Of a stretch of DNA of 64,000 bases, positions 1-11,129 are shown piece after piece. The notes under the pieces are model-generated. The model did no database searches. It was not told the DNA's origin and saw only the letters and a program-made list of their open reading frames with translations. The first letter of the stretch is position 1, and every line of letters starts with the position of its first letter. This DNA comes from Escherichia coli. GTDB taxonomy: Bacteria; Pseudomonadota; Gammaproteobacteria; Enterobacterales; Enterobacteriaceae. Position numbers and translations under genes: made by a program. The stretch lies in assembly GCF_003334785.1 (NCBI RefSeq), contig NZ_QOWV01000003.1, one strand, 5' to 3'.

Positions 1-389
1 AGGCGATGGCTGCCGAAGGTGTGAAATATCTTGAAGAAAATGCCAAAAAAGAAGGTGTGAACAGCACCGAATCTGGCCTGCAATTCCGCGTGATCAACCA
101 GGGTGAAGGCGCAATTCCGGCACGTACTGACCGCGTTCGTGTTCATTACACCGGTAAACTGATCGACGGCACCGTGTTTGACAGCTCCGTTGCTCGTGGT
201 GAACCCGCTGAATTCCCGGTTAATGGCGTGATCCCTGGCTGGATTGAAGCACTGACTCTGATGCCGGTAGGTTCTAAATGGGAACTGACTATCCCGCAGG
301 AACTGGCATATGGCGAGCGCGGCGCAGGCGCATCCATCCCTCCGTTCAGCACCCTGGTGTTTGAAGTCGAACTGCTGGAAATCCTCTAA
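1..389 (+). CDS. fklB: FKBP-type peptidyl-prolyl cis-trans isomerase, C-terminal part (5' end outside window)
   Basis: ORF open from window start; translation has an FKBP-domain signature (..[29 protein letters not shown]); sits upstream of cycA as in K-12. Confidence 0.85.
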
Positions 390-697
390 GCAGCGCATTC
401 TGTTCCCCTCGAACCAGAGGGGAGCAGGCATTCAGCAATAAACCCTTCAGTTTGCCAAACGGCGCTATTTTGTGTTGCAAAGACCCCGTAAGCGTGTATT
501 TTTGTGAGCTGTTTCGCGTTATCACCGTGATATGACACTCACTTTAAACATAAAATTAACATTAGATCTAAATCTTAGTATTCATCCCGCGTATTGTTAC
601 CTAATATCGATGAGTCCCGATACAGATTCGTCGTATCATAGACTGACTAAAGGCCGTAGAGCCTGAACAACACAGACAGGTACAGGAAGAAAAAAAC

Positions 698-2110
698 ATG
701 GTAGATCAGGTAAAAGTCGTTGCCGATGATCAGGCTCCGGCTGAACAGTCGCTACGGCGCAATCTCACAAACCGACATATTCAGCTTATTGCCATTGGCG
801 GTGCCATTGGTACGGGGTTGTTTATGGGGTCTGGCAAAACGATTAGCCTTGCCGGGCCGTCGATCATTTTCGTTTATATGATCATCGGTTTTATGCTCTT
901 TTTCGTGATGCGGGCAATGGGGGAATTGCTGCTTTCGAATCTGGAATACAAATCTTTTAGTGACTTCGCTTCCGATTTACTCGGGCCGTGGGCAGGATAT
1001 TTCACCGGCTGGACTTACTGGTTCTGCTGGGTTGTAACCGGTATGGCAGACGTGGTGGCGATCACTGCTTATGCTCAGTTCTGGTTCCCCGATCTCTCCG
1101 ACTGGGTCGCCTCGCTGGCGGTGATAGTGCTGCTGTTGACGCTCAACCTTGCCACCGTGAAAATGTTCGGTGAGATGGAGTTCTGGTTTGCGATGATCAA
1201 AATCGTCGCCATCGTGTCGCTGATTGTCGTCGGCCTGGTCATGGTGGCGATGCACTTTCAGTCACCGACCGGTGTGGAAGCGTCATTCGCGCATTTGTGG
1301 AATGACGGCGGCTGGTTCCCGAAAGGTTTAAGTGGCTTCTTTGCCGGATTCCAGATAGCGGTTTTCGCTTTCGTGGGGATTGAGCTGGTAGGTACAACAG
1401 CTGCGGAAACCAAAGATCCGGAGAAATCACTGCCACGCGCGATTAACTCCATTCCGATCCGTATCATTATGTTCTACGTCTTCGCGCTGATTGTGATTAT
1501 GTCCGTGACGCCGTGGAGTTCGGTAGTCCCGGAGAAAAGCCCGTTTGTTGAACTGTTCGTGTTGGTAGGGCTGCCTGCTGCCGCAAGCGTGATCAACTTT
1601 GTGGTGCTGACCTCTGCGGCGTCTTCCGCTAACAGCGGCGTCTTCTCTACCAGCCGTATGCTGTTTGGTCTGGCGCAGGAAGGTGTGGCACCGAAAGCGT
1701 TCGCTAAACTTTCTAAGCGCGCAGTACCAGCGAAAGGGCTGACCTTCTCCTGCATCTGCCTGCTCGGTGGCGTGGTGATGCTGTATGTGAATCCTAGCGT
1801 GATTGGCGCGTTCACGATGATTACAACCGTTTCCGCGATTCTGTTTATGTTCGTCTGGACGATTATCCTTTGCTCGTACCTGGTTTACCGCAAACAGCGT
1901 CCTCATCTGCATGAGAAGTCGATCTACAAGATGCCGCTCGGCAAGCTGATGTGCTGGGTATGTATGGCGTTCTTTGTGTTCGTGGTCGTGTTGCTGACAC
2001 TGGAAGATGACACTCGCCAGGCGCTGTTGGTCACCCCGCTGTGGTTTATCGCACTGGGGCTGGGCTGGTTGTTTATTGGTAAGAAGCGGGCTGCTGAACT
2101 GCGGAAATAA
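698..2110 (+). CDS. cycA: D-serine/D-alanine/glycine:H+ symporter (APC family)
   Basis: 470 aa polytopic membrane protein; N-terminus MVDQVKVVADDQAPAEQSLRRNLTNRHIQLIAIGGAIGTGLF matches the amino-acid permease signature; synteny. Confidence 0.93.
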   Translation: MVDQVKVVADDQAPAEQSLRRNLTNRHIQLIAIGGAIGTGLFMGSGKTISLAGPSIIFVYMIIGFMLFFVMRAMGELLLSNLEYKSFSDFASDLLGPWAGYFTGWTYWFCWVVTGMADVVAITAYAQFWFPDLSDWVASLAVIVLLLTLNLATVKMFGEMEFWFAMIKIVAIVSLIVVGLVMVAMHFQSPTGVEASFAHLWNDGGWFPKGLSGFFAGFQIAVFAFVGIELVGTTAAETKDPEKSLPRAINSIPIRIIMFYVFALIVIMSVTPWSSVVPEKSPFVELFVLVGLPAAASVINFVVLTSAASSANSGVFSTSRMLFGLAQEGVAPKAFAKLSKRAVPAKGLTFSCICLLGGVVMLYVNPSVIGAFTMITTVSAILFMFVWTIILCSYLVYRKQRPHLHEKSIYKMPLGKLMCWVCMAFFVFVVVLLTLEDDTRQALLVTPLWFIALGLGWLFIGKKRAAELRK

Positions 2111-2154
2111 CCGCATTATCATGCTGGATGGCGCAATGCCATCCAGCTTTTAGA

Positions 2155-2817
2155 TTACTCACCCGCCAGCGCGCGTGGGAACAGTACATTGTTTTCCAGA
2201 CTGATGTGATCCATCAGGTCATCAATCAGTTCATTAATGCCGTTATACATCGCTTTCCAGGTGGTGCAGGCTTCTGGCGGCGGTGTGACGTTATTGGTAG
2301 TGTGTTTGATCACTTCCAGCAGTTCGCCCGCTTCATCGTGCTCGCTTTCCATTACGCTGATTGGCCCCATTGCCTGGCTGCCCATGCCTTGTTTGATCAT
2401 CGGGAAGAGGATCTGCTCTTCTTTCATCATGTGGCTGGAAAGCTCTTCATGCAGCATGGTCAGGTATTTTGTCAGCCCTTTTGGCACGCTCGGTTTGTCG
2501 GCGTGAACGCGCTCGACTTTAGTCGCTTGCAGGATCAGCTCCGGCAGTTGCTCGCGGTGACGATCGTGGTAGCGCACGATGATATGGTCGATGATTTCTG
2601 CCAGCGGGGCGCTACGCCAGTCTTTCTCAATCGGTTGTTCAGCAAGCTTTGCCAGCTCAGCTTCAATGACCTCAACATCCAGTTCTTTACGTGCCGCCGC
2701 ACGCGCCAGCGTTTGCTTACCGCCGCAGCAGTAATCCATATCATATTTACGAAACAGAGCCGAAGCGCGAGGGATAGAGAGCGCCAGTTCACCTAAAGGT
2801 TGGTCGCGATAAGCCAT
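2155..2817 (-). CDS. ytfE: iron-sulfur cluster repair di-iron protein (RIC)
   Basis: 220 aa; N-terminal [12 protein letters not shown]...DYCCGG motif and hemerythrin-like His/Glu-rich C-terminus. Confidence 0.93.
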   Translation of the reverse strand: MAYRDQPLGELALSIPRASALFRKYDMDYCCGGKQTLARAAARKELDVEVIEAELAKLAEQPIEKDWRSAPLAEIIDHIIVRYHDRHREQLPELILQATKVERVHADKPSVPKGLTKYLTMLHEELSSHMMKEEQILFPMIKQGMGSQAMGPISVMESEHDEAGELLEVIKHTTNNVTPPPEACTTWKAMYNGINELIDDLMDHISLENNVLFPRALAGE

Positions 2818-2843
2818 AGCTGATACCTCATTCTTAATAAGAT

Positions 2844-2866
2844 AAGGTGTATTTTAAATGCATCTT
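2844..2866. promoter_or_regulatory. candidate NsrR operator in ytfE promoter
   Basis: 23-bp imperfect palindrome aaggtgtattttaaatgcatctt (reverse complement aagatgcatttaaaatacacctt) immediately upstream of ytfE, resembling the NsrR consensus as I recall it. Confidence 0.5.
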
Positions 2867-2924
2867 TAAGGCAAATGCTATAACCCTTACGTAGCAGAGG
2901 CTTATTTAACTCACTGCCAGTATG

Positions 2925-3899
2925 TCAACTTTCTGAGACAGATTCAGTTAAAGGCTTTTCCGGTTTTGCTCTGACTGCAATGACCACGCCAACCACTAAC
3001 AGCGCGATACCGCTCAGCGTCATCAGCGGCGGCATTTGCTGGCGTATCAAAAAGGTGTACAGCAAACCTGCCAGTGTTTCGAAAACGATCAGCGGCCCGA
3101 GAATCACTGTCGGTAATCGCTGGCTGGCGACGTTCCAGCAGAGTGCGCCAACCCATGAGCAAAGCACGGCTATCGCAACCATCAGACTAATAAACACCAG
3201 CGGACGGGGGCCAAAAGGTAAGGAGAAGTCCGGCGTTTGTATATTCAGCCAGTAACAGGCGACGAGATAGCCGATGAGAGAAACCGGCAGCGTGACCAGC
3301 GCCTGCGCCGTCGCCCACATCATCGGATGTTTGTCGGGATTTTCCCGCAGCCAGCGGGCGTTGCGCAGGGCATACCATGCCCAGCAGACCACGGAAACTA
3401 ACGCTAGCACGATGCCAGAGGTATAACGTGCCCAGTCAAAATCGGGGAGTCCGTGGTTTAACTCAGCAATATTCACACACGCCAGGCCGATGCCAATACA
3501 AATCAGTGCCGGGGCGAGTTTTCCCCACGCGAGTTTGCCGTCGCGCTGGCTATAAAGCAGATTGGCAAAGACAGGAATGACCACCGGCAGGGTGCCAATA
3601 ATCATCGTAGAAACAGGCGCGCCAGTACGTTGAATGGCACTGGCAAGGCAGAAGTAATAGATGAGGTTGCCCATCATAGTGAGCATCAAGGCGGTAAGCC
3701 AGTCGCGACGCGCCAACTGACGCAGACGCACGCGTCCCAGCCAGGCAATGGGTAGCGCAATTAACCCTAACGCCAGATAACGCCCCATCGACTGCAACAT
3801 CGCCGGGTATTCCGGCACGATCAACGGCCCGACAAAAATAAGCCCCCACATCAACCCTGCTAACAGGGCGTACAGCACGCCGCTAATCATTACTGGCAT
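2925..3899 (-). CDS. ytfF: inner membrane DMT/EamA-family transporter (start may be 9 nt downstream)
   Basis: 324 aa hydrophobic ORF with about 10 predicted transmembrane segments; synteny. Confidence 0.85.
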   Translation of the reverse strand: MPVMISGVLYALLAGLMWGLIFVGPLIVPEYPAMLQSMGRYLALGLIALPIAWLGRVRLRQLARRDWLTALMLTMMGNLIYYFCLASAIQRTGAPVSTMIIGTLPVVIPVFANLLYSQRDGKLAWGKLAPALICIGIGLACVNIAELNHGLPDFDWARYTSGIVLALVSVVCWAWYALRNARWLRENPDKHPMMWATAQALVTLPVSLIGYLVACYWLNIQTPDFSLPFGPRPLVFISLMVAIAVLCSWVGALCWNVASQRLPTVILGPLIVFETLAGLLYTFLIRQQMPPLMTLSGIALLVVGVVIAVRAKPEKPLTESVSES

Positions 3900-3998
3900 C
3901 CATTGGTCTGTCAGAAGAAACGTTCAGGAAGCAGACATGATTGCTCCCGGCATCCCGTCATTATCAGAGAGGATGCGGGAGGATGCCACTTTAATTAA

Positions 3999-4859
3999 CT
4001 ATTTATTAACATTAAAAAGATGGCTTACGCTTTCGGCTAACGTTGTCGTTGGGCGGCCAATCAATTTGCTCAGCGTTTTGCTGTCATCAAACAGACCGCC
4101 TTTCGATGCGCCAACGTCAGAATCCGCCAGCATATCCGCCAGTCCGTCAGGCAGGCCAACGCTTTTCAGCGCCGCAGCGAAATCGGTTTCGCTCAGATTT
4201 TGATAGGTAACCTGTTTGCCGCTCTGTTTGGTCAGCTCTGCCGCTAACTGTGTCAACGTCCAGGCACTATCGCCCGCCAGCTCGTAAACCTTGCCTTCGT
4301 GACCGGCTTCGCTAATCACGCGTGCCGCAGCTGCCGCATAATCTGCCCGCGTTGCCGAGGCAATTTTGCCATCGCCCGCGGCACCGATAAATACGCCGTG
4401 CTCCAGTGCTGCCGGGGCGCTGGCGAGATAGTTTTCGGTGTACCAGCCGTTGCGCAGCAGGGTGTAAACGATGCCAGAATCAGCCAACATTTTCTCCGTC
4501 TCGATGTGCTCATCGGCGAGGCCGAGCGGAGATTTATCCGCGTGAAGCAGACTGGTATAAGCGATAAATTTCACGCCAGCCGTCTTTGCGGCATTAATAA
4601 CATTACGATGCTGCGGGGCACGTTGACCCACTTCGCTGGAAGAGATCAGCAGTAGTTTTTCCACTCCCTGAAGTGCAGATGTCAGTGCGGCTTCATCGCC
4701 GTAGTCAGCCTGACGCACGGTAATGCCTTGTGCTGTCAGTGCCTGGGCTTTTGCCGGATTACGAACGATAGCCACTATTTGGCTGGCAGGAACCGTTTTC
4801 ATCAAGGATTTAATAACATAGTGACCAAGTTGGCCAGTGGCACCAGTAATAGCGATCAT
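3999..4859 (-). CDS. qorB: NAD(P)H:quinone oxidoreductase (NmrA-like SDR)
   Basis: 286 aa; N-terminal Rossmann motif MIAITGATGQLG; synteny (ytfG). Confidence 0.9.
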   Translation of the reverse strand: MIAITGATGQLGHYVIKSLMKTVPASQIVAIVRNPAKAQALTAQGITVRQADYGDEAALTSALQGVEKLLLISSSEVGQRAPQHRNVINAAKTAGVKFIAYTSLLHADKSPLGLADEHIETEKMLADSGIVYTLLRNGWYTENYLASAPAALEHGVFIGAAGDGKIASATRADYAAAAARVISEAGHEGKVYELAGDSAWTLTQLAAELTKQSGKQVTYQNLSETDFAAALKSVGLPDGLADMLADSDVGASKGGLFDDSKTLSKLIGRPTTTLAESVSHLFNVNK

Positions 4860-4947
4860 GGGAAGTCTCCATCGTTTTGTCTTGTGTTTAAATACGCTAA
4901 CACCTAAACTTACTTTTAGTAAGTACGTACAAAAAGGTAAGTATGAA

Positions 4948-5328
4948 ATGAGTCAGGTTAGCCTGTCACAACAACTGAAAGAGGGTAATCTCTTTGCGGA
5001 ACAGTGCCCGTCGCGCGAGGTGTTGAAACACGTCACCAGCCGTTGGGGGGTGTTGATTCTGGTGGCGCTACGCGAAGGTACTCATCGCTTTAGCGACCTG
5101 CGGCGCAAAATCGGTGGGGTGAGTGAAAAGATGCTTGCGCAGTCGTTACAGGCGTTAGAACAGGATGGTTTTCTTAACCGTATCGCGTATCCGGTGGTGC
5201 CGCCGCATGTGGAATATAGCCTCACGCCGCTGGGCGAGCAGGTGAGCGAAAAGGTTGCTGCACTGGCGGACTGGATTGAGTTGAATTTGCCCGAGGTGTT
5301 GGCGGTGCGGGATGAACGTGCGGCATAA
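4948..5328 (+). CDS. ytfH: HxlR-family winged-helix transcriptional regulator
   Basis: 126 aa from the ATG at 4948 (MSQVSLSQQL...); the longer ORF from 4837 would overlap the qorB start; divergent from qorB. Confidence 0.85.
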   Translation: MSQVSLSQQLKEGNLFAEQCPSREVLKHVTSRWGVLILVALREGTHRFSDLRRKIGGVSEKMLAQSLQALEQDGFLNRIAYPVVPPHVEYSLTPLGEQVSEKVAALADWIELNLPEVLAVRDERAA

Positions 5329-5337
5329 CTGCCGGCT

Positions 5338-5440
5338 GCGCTTATCCGGCCTACGGTTCATGACTTGTAGGGCGGATAAGATGCGCCAGCATCGCATCCG
5401 ACAAAAGTGCCGGATGCGGTTGATGATTTATAGGCCGAAA
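5338..5440. repeat. REP/BIME-type extragenic palindromes
   Basis: gcttatccggcctac / gtagggcggataag / gccggatgcgg motifs between the convergent ytfH and cpdB. Confidence 0.55.
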
Positions 5441-5450
5441 AAGAAGTGTA

Positions 5451-7394
5451 TTACTTACTCAAATCCACCTGATAAATCGCAAACCCGATATCATCGGTCG
5501 CGACTTTATTCATCGGATATTGCCCTTTCTCTTTAATAAACGCCGCGGCTTTATCTGATGGAGAGGTTTCGAAACGGATATCCAGTTTCTTATCGCCAGC
5601 TATCGGTGCTAAACGCCAGTTGTTATCTGCCGCCGGGTGAATTTCCCCCGCACGTTTCGACTCATCAGCAATCCACGCTGCCAGCACCGAGCGGTTCTCA
5701 TCCGGTGAAGCAAAAGCGATATGGCTGTCGCCCGTACCGGCAAATTTGCCGCCGTAAGCGCGATAGTTATTGGTGGCAACCAGGAACATGGCGTTCGGAT
5801 CAATCGGCTTGCCATTAAAGGTCAGGTTCTTAATCCTTTCCGCATTGGCATTAACCATCTGGCACTCGCCGTCATAACGGGCAGGCTGGGTAACATCAAT
5901 CTGATAATTCACACCATCAATCACATCAAAGTTATAGGTGCGGAAACCATCCCAGTTGATGAGTGACTGTGGTTTCGTGTTGTCAGGATCAATCTGGTTA
6001 AACTGTCCGGCGGAGCACTCCAGCCACTCTTTCACCTCTTTACCGCTGGCTTTCACCACAATCAGCGTATTGGGGTAGAGATAAAGATCGGCGGCATTAC
6101 GGAAGGTCAACTGGCCTTTTTCCACCTCCACATAGCTTGCCGGATCATTTTTGCGACCACCAACTTTAAACGGTGCAGCAGCTGAAAGCACCGGCAGTTT
6201 TGCCAGATCCGGATCGCCCTGAATGTAATGCTCGACATACGCTTTTTGCGCGTTGTTCACCACCTGCACGGTCGGATCGTCCTGCACCAGCGCCAGATAG
6301 CTATACATATTGTCGGCGGATTTACCGATTGGCTTGCTGACGAACTGGCGTGTGGCATCGTGATCGGCTTTGAGTGTTTCTACCAGCTTGCTGTCTTCCG
6401 CCGCGAGGGATTTTTTATTGGCGATGTCGTAAATCGGCCGTGCTTCCGCTTTCGCCTGCGTCACCTGCCATTTACCGCTGTTATTACTGAGTTGTAAGTC
6501 GACCACCCCAAGATGATCGCCCCACATGCCCGGCATTACCGCCGGAACACCATTCAGCGTGCCTTTCGCGATATCAGCCCCTTCGATATCAGCAAAATCT
6601 TTACCTGGGAAAACGGCGTGAGCATGGCCAAACATAATGGCGTTAACGCCAGGAATTTCACTGAGGTAATAAACTGAGTTTTCCGCCATCACTTTATACG
6701 GATCGGCAGATAGCCCGGAATGCGCCAGAACGACAACGACATCGGCACCTTTCTCGCGCATTTCAGGCACGTATTTGCGCACGGTTTCGGTAATATCATT
6801 CACCGTCACTTTTCCGGATAAATTAGCTTTATCCCAGCCCATGATTTGCGGCGGCACGACGCCAATATAGCCAATCTTCAGCGTCTGTTTTTTTCCGTCT
6901 TTATCGACCACTTCGGTATCTTTAATTAAATACGGTGTAAACATTGGCTGTTTGGTTCTGGCGTCAATGACGTTGGCATTTACATAAGGGAATTTCGCTC
7001 CCGCCAACGCATTTTTCAGGTAATCCAGACCGTAGTTAAATTCATGATTGCCGAGTGTACCGACCGTATAATCCAGCGTATTCAGCGCCTTATAAACCGG
7101 ATGAACATCACCTGCTTTTAATCCTTTCGCCGATATGTAATCGGCCAGCGGACTCCCCTGAATCAAATCGCCGTTATCGACCAGTACGCTGTTTTTCACT
7201 TCATTGCGGGCATCGTTAATCAGGCTTGCCGTACGTACCAGTCCGAATTTTTCCGTGGCGGTGTCTTTGTAATAATCGAAATCCATCATGTTGCTATGCA
7301 GATCAGTGGTTTCCATGATACGTAGATCGACCGTCGCTGCATTCACACTGGCGGCAATCAGCGTGGCCAGGAGCGTTGCGCTAAACTTAATCAT
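5451..7394 (-). CDS. cpdB: periplasmic 2',3'-cyclic-nucleotide 2'-phosphodiesterase / 3'-nucleotidase
   Basis: 647 aa from the ATG at 7394 ([19 protein letters not shown] signal peptide; aaagga RBS 9 nt upstream); metallophosphatase motifs. Confidence 0.93.
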   Translation of the reverse strand: MIKFSATLLATLIAASVNAATVDLRIMETTDLHSNMMDFDYYKDTATEKFGLVRTASLINDARNEVKNSVLVDNGDLIQGSPLADYISAKGLKAGDVHPVYKALNTLDYTVGTLGNHEFNYGLDYLKNALAGAKFPYVNANVIDARTKQPMFTPYLIKDTEVVDKDGKKQTLKIGYIGVVPPQIMGWDKANLSGKVTVNDITETVRKYVPEMREKGADVVVVLAHSGLSADPYKVMAENSVYYLSEIPGVNAIMFGHAHAVFPGKDFADIEGADIAKGTLNGVPAVMPGMWGDHLGVVDLQLSNNSGKWQVTQAKAEARPIYDIANKKSLAAEDSKLVETLKADHDATRQFVSKPIGKSADNMYSYLALVQDDPTVQVVNNAQKAYVEHYIQGDPDLAKLPVLSAAAPFKVGGRKNDPASYVEVEKGQLTFRNAADLYLYPNTLIVVKASGKEVKEWLECSAGQFNQIDPDNTKPQSLINWDGFRTYNFDVIDGVNYQIDVTQPARYDGECQMVNANAERIKNLTFNGKPIDPNAMFLVATNNYRAYGGKFAGTGDSHIAFASPDENRSVLAAWIADESKRAGEIHPAADNNWRLAPIAGDKKLDIRFETSPSDKAAAFIKEKGQYPMNKVATDDIGFAIYQVDLSK

Positions 7395-7583
7395 CAGGGA
7401 CATCCTTTTATCATCGGGAATACGAAAGAAAAGGGAGAATAAACGCCTTACTTATAGAACAGTGAAGAATGCCACAATTTTACGCTTTGAAAATGATGAC
7501 ACTATCACAGTTGGCGCATTCATTAACGATAGGGTATAAGTAAAACAATAAGTTAACACCGCTCACAGAGACGAGGTGGAGAA

Positions 7584-8324
7584 ATGTTAGATCAAGTATG
7601 CCAGCTTGCACGGAATGCAGGCGATGCCATTATGCAGGTCTACGACGGGACGAAACCGATGGACGTCGTCAGCAAAGCGGACAATTCTCCGGTAACGGCA
7701 GCGGATATTGCCGCTCACACCGTTATCATGGACGGTTTACGTACGCTGACACCGGATATTCCGGTCCTTTCTGAAGAAGATCCTCCCGGTTGGGAAGTCC
7801 GTCAGCACTGGCAGCGTTACTGGCTGGTAGACCCGCTGGATGGTACTAAAGAGTTTATTAAACGTAATGGCGAATTCACCGTTAACATTGCGCTCATTGA
7901 CCATGGCAAACCGATTTTAGGTGTGGTGTATGCGCCGGTAATGAACATAATGTACAGCGCGGCAGAAGGCAAGGCCTGGAAAGAAGAGTGCGGTGTGCGC
8001 AAGCAGATTCAGGTCCGCGATGCGCGCCCGCCGCTGGTGGTTATCAGCCGTTCCCATGCAGATGCGGAGCTGAAAGAGTATCTGCAACAGCTTGGCGAAC
8101 ATCAGACCACGTCCATCGGCTCTTCGCTGAAATTCTGCCTGGTGGCGGAAGGGCAGGCGCAGCTGTACCCGCGCTTCGGACCAACGAATATTTGGGATAC
8201 CGCCGCTGGTCATGCTGTGGCTGCAGCTGCCGGAGCGCACGTTCATGACTGGCAGGGTAAACCGCTGGATTACACTCCGCGCGAGTCGTTCCTGAATCCG
8301 GGATTCAGAGTGTCTATTTATTAA
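7584..8324 (+). CDS. cysQ: 3'(2'),5'-bisphosphate nucleotidase
   Basis: 246 aa; inositol-monophosphatase-family motifs (..[12 protein letters not shown].., ..WDTAAG..). Confidence 0.93.
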   Translation: MLDQVCQLARNAGDAIMQVYDGTKPMDVVSKADNSPVTAADIAAHTVIMDGLRTLTPDIPVLSEEDPPGWEVRQHWQRYWLVDPLDGTKEFIKRNGEFTVNIALIDHGKPILGVVYAPVMNIMYSAAEGKAWKEECGVRKQIQVRDARPPLVVISRSHADAELKEYLQQLGEHQTTSIGSSLKFCLVAEGQAQLYPRFGPTNIWDTAAGHAVAAAAGAHVHDWQGKPLDYTPRESFLNPGFRVSIY

Positions 8325-8871
8325 TTAATTTATGCAGCAGGTCCATCACTTGCTGCACCTCTTCCTGTGTGAGCGCCCCGTCTTTGGCCCATTGCACGCG
8401 ACCATCCTTATCCAGCACCACTACAGCGGAACTTTCTTCATCCAGCTGCCAGGCACCGCGCGCGACGCCATTGCTATCGACAATAAACTGCGACCAGGGA
8501 TAAAGCTTTTTATTACTCTCCAGACTGCTGCGCACAAACATCCCTGAACCCGGAATCGCGTCGTCGGTGTTAACAATGGTGGTGGTCTGGTAGCGATCGT
8601 GCGGTAACTTCGCTGATTTAATCGCTTCAATCAGCGTCGCGTTTTTCTCTTTTGCAGAGGTGCGACCAGCAATATGTTGCAGTACTCGCACTTTTCCCAC
8701 TAACTGTGCGCTGTTCCAGGTTTTGTAGCTAAACTGATCTTTATCAAGCACCAACTCGCCTCGATCGGTAATGCCAATCGGCGGCACTCGCTGACCGGTT
8801 TCGAACTGATGTGCGGAAGCCATCATCGGCAACAGCAGGCAGGTGAGTGCCAGAATCTTGCGTAGGGTCAT
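8314..8871 (-). CDS. ytfJ: periplasmic protein YtfJ (signal peptide, unknown function)
   Basis: 185 aa; N-terminal signal peptide [20 protein letters not shown]; 3' end overlaps the cysQ 3' end by 11 bp. Confidence 0.88.
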   Translation of the reverse strand: MTLRKILALTCLLLPMMASAHQFETGQRVPPIGITDRGELVLDKDQFSYKTWNSAQLVGKVRVLQHIAGRTSAKEKNATLIEAIKSAKLPHDRYQTTTIVNTDDAIPGSGMFVRSSLESNKKLYPWSQFIVDSNGVARGAWQLDEESSAVVVLDKDGRVQWAKDGALTQEEVQQVMDLLHKLINK

Positions 8872-9195
8872 GGTGTTTCCTTCTTATGATATGCAGGTGA
8901 TCCGACCACTTGGGTCTGAGTTTTAATCATATGTGCTATTTATCGAATTTCCCGCAAGTGTGATGCCAGTTTGCGGTCAAGCGCACAAATCATATGAAAA
9001 ATGAATGCTTATACTGAAGACCGCGCTTCGGTAAAAAGATAATTCTGAATAATTGTAACCTTTAGGTAAAAAAAGTTATACGCGGTGGAAACATTGCCCG
9101 GATAGTCTATAGTCACTAAGCATTAAAATTTGCGCCTCATAATAGTTGGGCCGATTGTGGCACCGCACAGGCGTAATACTCAGCAGGAGATAACA

Positions 9196-9402
9196 ATGAA
9201 AATTTTCCAACGGTACAACCCACTTCAGGTGGCGAAGTACGTAAAGATCCTGTTCCGTGGACGGTTATACATCAAGGACGTTGGCGCTTTTGAATTTGAT
9301 AAGGGTAAGATTCTTATCCCAAAAGTGAAGGATAAGCTGCATTTGTCAGTGATGTCCGAAGTTAACCGTCAGGTTATGCGTCTGCAAACAGAGATGGCTT
9401 AA
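9196..9402 (+). CDS. ytfK: small protein YtfK (68 aa)
   Basis: ATG at 9196 preceded by aggaga [20 protein letters not shown]... Confidence 0.85.
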
Positions 9403-9425
9403 CCAAAGTGCTATGCAGTAATAAG

Positions 9426-9448
9426 ACGGCTCCTGATTCAGGAGCCGT
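9426..9448. terminator. hairpin between convergent ytfK and ytfL (possible bidirectional terminator)
   Basis: acggctcctga-ttc-aggagccgt perfect stem; flanking U-tracts are weak. Confidence 0.4.
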
Positions 9449-9463
9449 TGATGTTTCTGGGGG

Positions 9464-10807
9464 TTACGCGACGCTTTCTTCTTTATCTTTAGCGTCAGGC
9501 AGTTTTGGCGAAAGGGCGGTGGCCTTGCTGTCGATCCGGGTCACCAGCAGCTGGTCGATGCGGTAGTTATCGATATCCACCACTTCAAATTTGTAGCCGG
9601 CGAATTTCACCGAATCGGTGCGTTTCGGGATCTTACGCAGCATAAACATCATAAAGCCGCCGATGGTTTCGTAGTTGCCCGACTGCGGGAACTCGTCAAT
9701 ATCCAGCACGCGCATGACGTCGTCAATTGGGGTGCCGCCGTCAATCAGCCATGAGTTCTCATCACGGGCGACAATCTGCTCTTCCAGCCCCTGACCGACT
9801 AGATCGCCCATCAGCGTGGTCATCACGTCATTGAGGGTGATGATCCCCACCACCAGCGCGTACTCGTTCATGATCACCGCGAAGTCTTCACCTGCGGTTT
9901 TAAAACTTTCCAACGCCTCTGAAAGGGTTAACGTATCCGGCACAATCAGCGTGTTGCGAATTTGTACGCCGCTGTTCAGTGCCAGGCTTTGGTTAGCCAG
10001 CACGCGGTTCAGCAGGTCTTTAGAATCGACATAGCCGATGATGTGGTCAATATCTTCATTACAGACGAGGAACTTAGAGTGCGGATGTTCCGCCACCTTA
10101 TTCTTCAGGCTTTGCTCATCTTCGTGGAGATCAAACCAAATCACGTTTTCACGCGGTGTCATTGACGACGGAACGGTACGGGATTCCAGCTCAAAGACGT
10201 TTTCAATCAGCTCGTGTTCCTGTTTACGTAACACGCCCGCCAGCGCACCGGCTTCCACTACCGCGTAGATGTCATCAGAAGTGATGTCATCTTTACGTAC
10301 CATTGGCAGTTTGAAAATACGGAAGATTATGTTCGCCAGTCCGTTGAAGAACCACACCAGCGGGGTGCAAACGTACAGGCAGAAGCGCATCGGGTTGATG
10401 ATACGCAAAGCGACAGCTTCTGGCGCAATCATACCGATGCGTTTCGGGGTTAAATCCGCAAACAGGATAAACATGCCAGTCACTAACGAGAAAGAGAGAA
10501 TAAAGCTCAGTTGCTCAGAGAGCTCTGCCGACATATAGCGGGAGAACAGGCTGTGAAAAGCTGGAGAAAATGCCGCATCACCGACGATACCGCCGAGAAT
10601 CGCCACTGCGTTCAGACCGATTTGGACCACGGTAAAGAACATGCCGGGATTTTCCTGCATATTCAGAACGCGTTGGGCATTTATATTGCCTTCATCAGCC
10701 AGCAGTTTAAGTTTGATTTTGCGTGAGGCGGCAAGTGAGATCTCGGACATCGAGAAGAACGCACTTACAGCGATCAAGCAGAGTATGACTAAAATACTGT
10801 TTAACAT
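9464..10807 (-). CDS. ytfL: CNNM/TlyC-family inner membrane protein with CBS pair and CorC-HlyC domain (polyamine exporter PaeA in K-12)
   Basis: 447 aa; N-terminal transmembrane region then CBS/CorC-like C-terminus; synteny. Confidence 0.9.
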   Translation of the reverse strand: MLNSILVILCLIAVSAFFSMSEISLAASRKIKLKLLADEGNINAQRVLNMQENPGMFFTVVQIGLNAVAILGGIVGDAAFSPAFHSLFSRYMSAELSEQLSFILSFSLVTGMFILFADLTPKRIGMIAPEAVALRIINPMRFCLYVCTPLVWFFNGLANIIFRIFKLPMVRKDDITSDDIYAVVEAGALAGVLRKQEHELIENVFELESRTVPSSMTPRENVIWFDLHEDEQSLKNKVAEHPHSKFLVCNEDIDHIIGYVDSKDLLNRVLANQSLALNSGVQIRNTLIVPDTLTLSEALESFKTAGEDFAVIMNEYALVVGIITLNDVMTTLMGDLVGQGLEEQIVARDENSWLIDGGTPIDDVMRVLDIDEFPQSGNYETIGGFMMFMLRKIPKRTDSVKFAGYKFEVVDIDNYRIDQLLVTRIDSKATALSPKLPDAKDKEESVA

Positions 10808-10974
10808 ATCTTATCCGACCTTTCAGGCCAGATCCTCGGAAGGGGAAGTTGATTAATTTGTGTGAAATACAAATTGAAAGCCGATTCGAAGAAAGTGAAC
10901 CGGCATTTTCAGTGGCTAGTATAGCGTAAGGTACTGTAAAGTCGCCAGAGGGTTAAAATTCAGACTGCTGATAA

Positions 10975-11095
10975 ATGCAATACTGCCTGATGCGCTATGC
11001 CAATCAGGCCTACGCAGTCCTTGCAATATATTGAATTTGGACGATTTTGTAGGCCTGGTAAGGCGTTTACGCCGCATCTGGCATAAATAAAGCGC
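10975..11095. repeat. REP-type palindromic repeats
   Basis: gcctgatgcgctatgccaatcaggcctac and ggcgtttacgccgcatctggc motifs in the ytfL-msrA intergenic region. Confidence 0.5.
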
Positions 11096-11129
11096 ACTTT
11101 ATCAACAATCTACATTTGTACCCGTAACG

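Noticed and set aside
1427-2122. 231-aa ORF antisense to cycA, and similar antisense ORFs in ytfE, cpdB, mgtA, pepA and lptG
   Set aside because: All lie within confidently identified genes on the other strand and lack start-site context.
4837-5328. 163-aa version of ytfH starting at 4837
   Set aside because: The N-terminal extension overlaps the divergent qorB start and lacks an RBS; the ATG at 4948 gives the expected 126-aa HxlR-type regulator.
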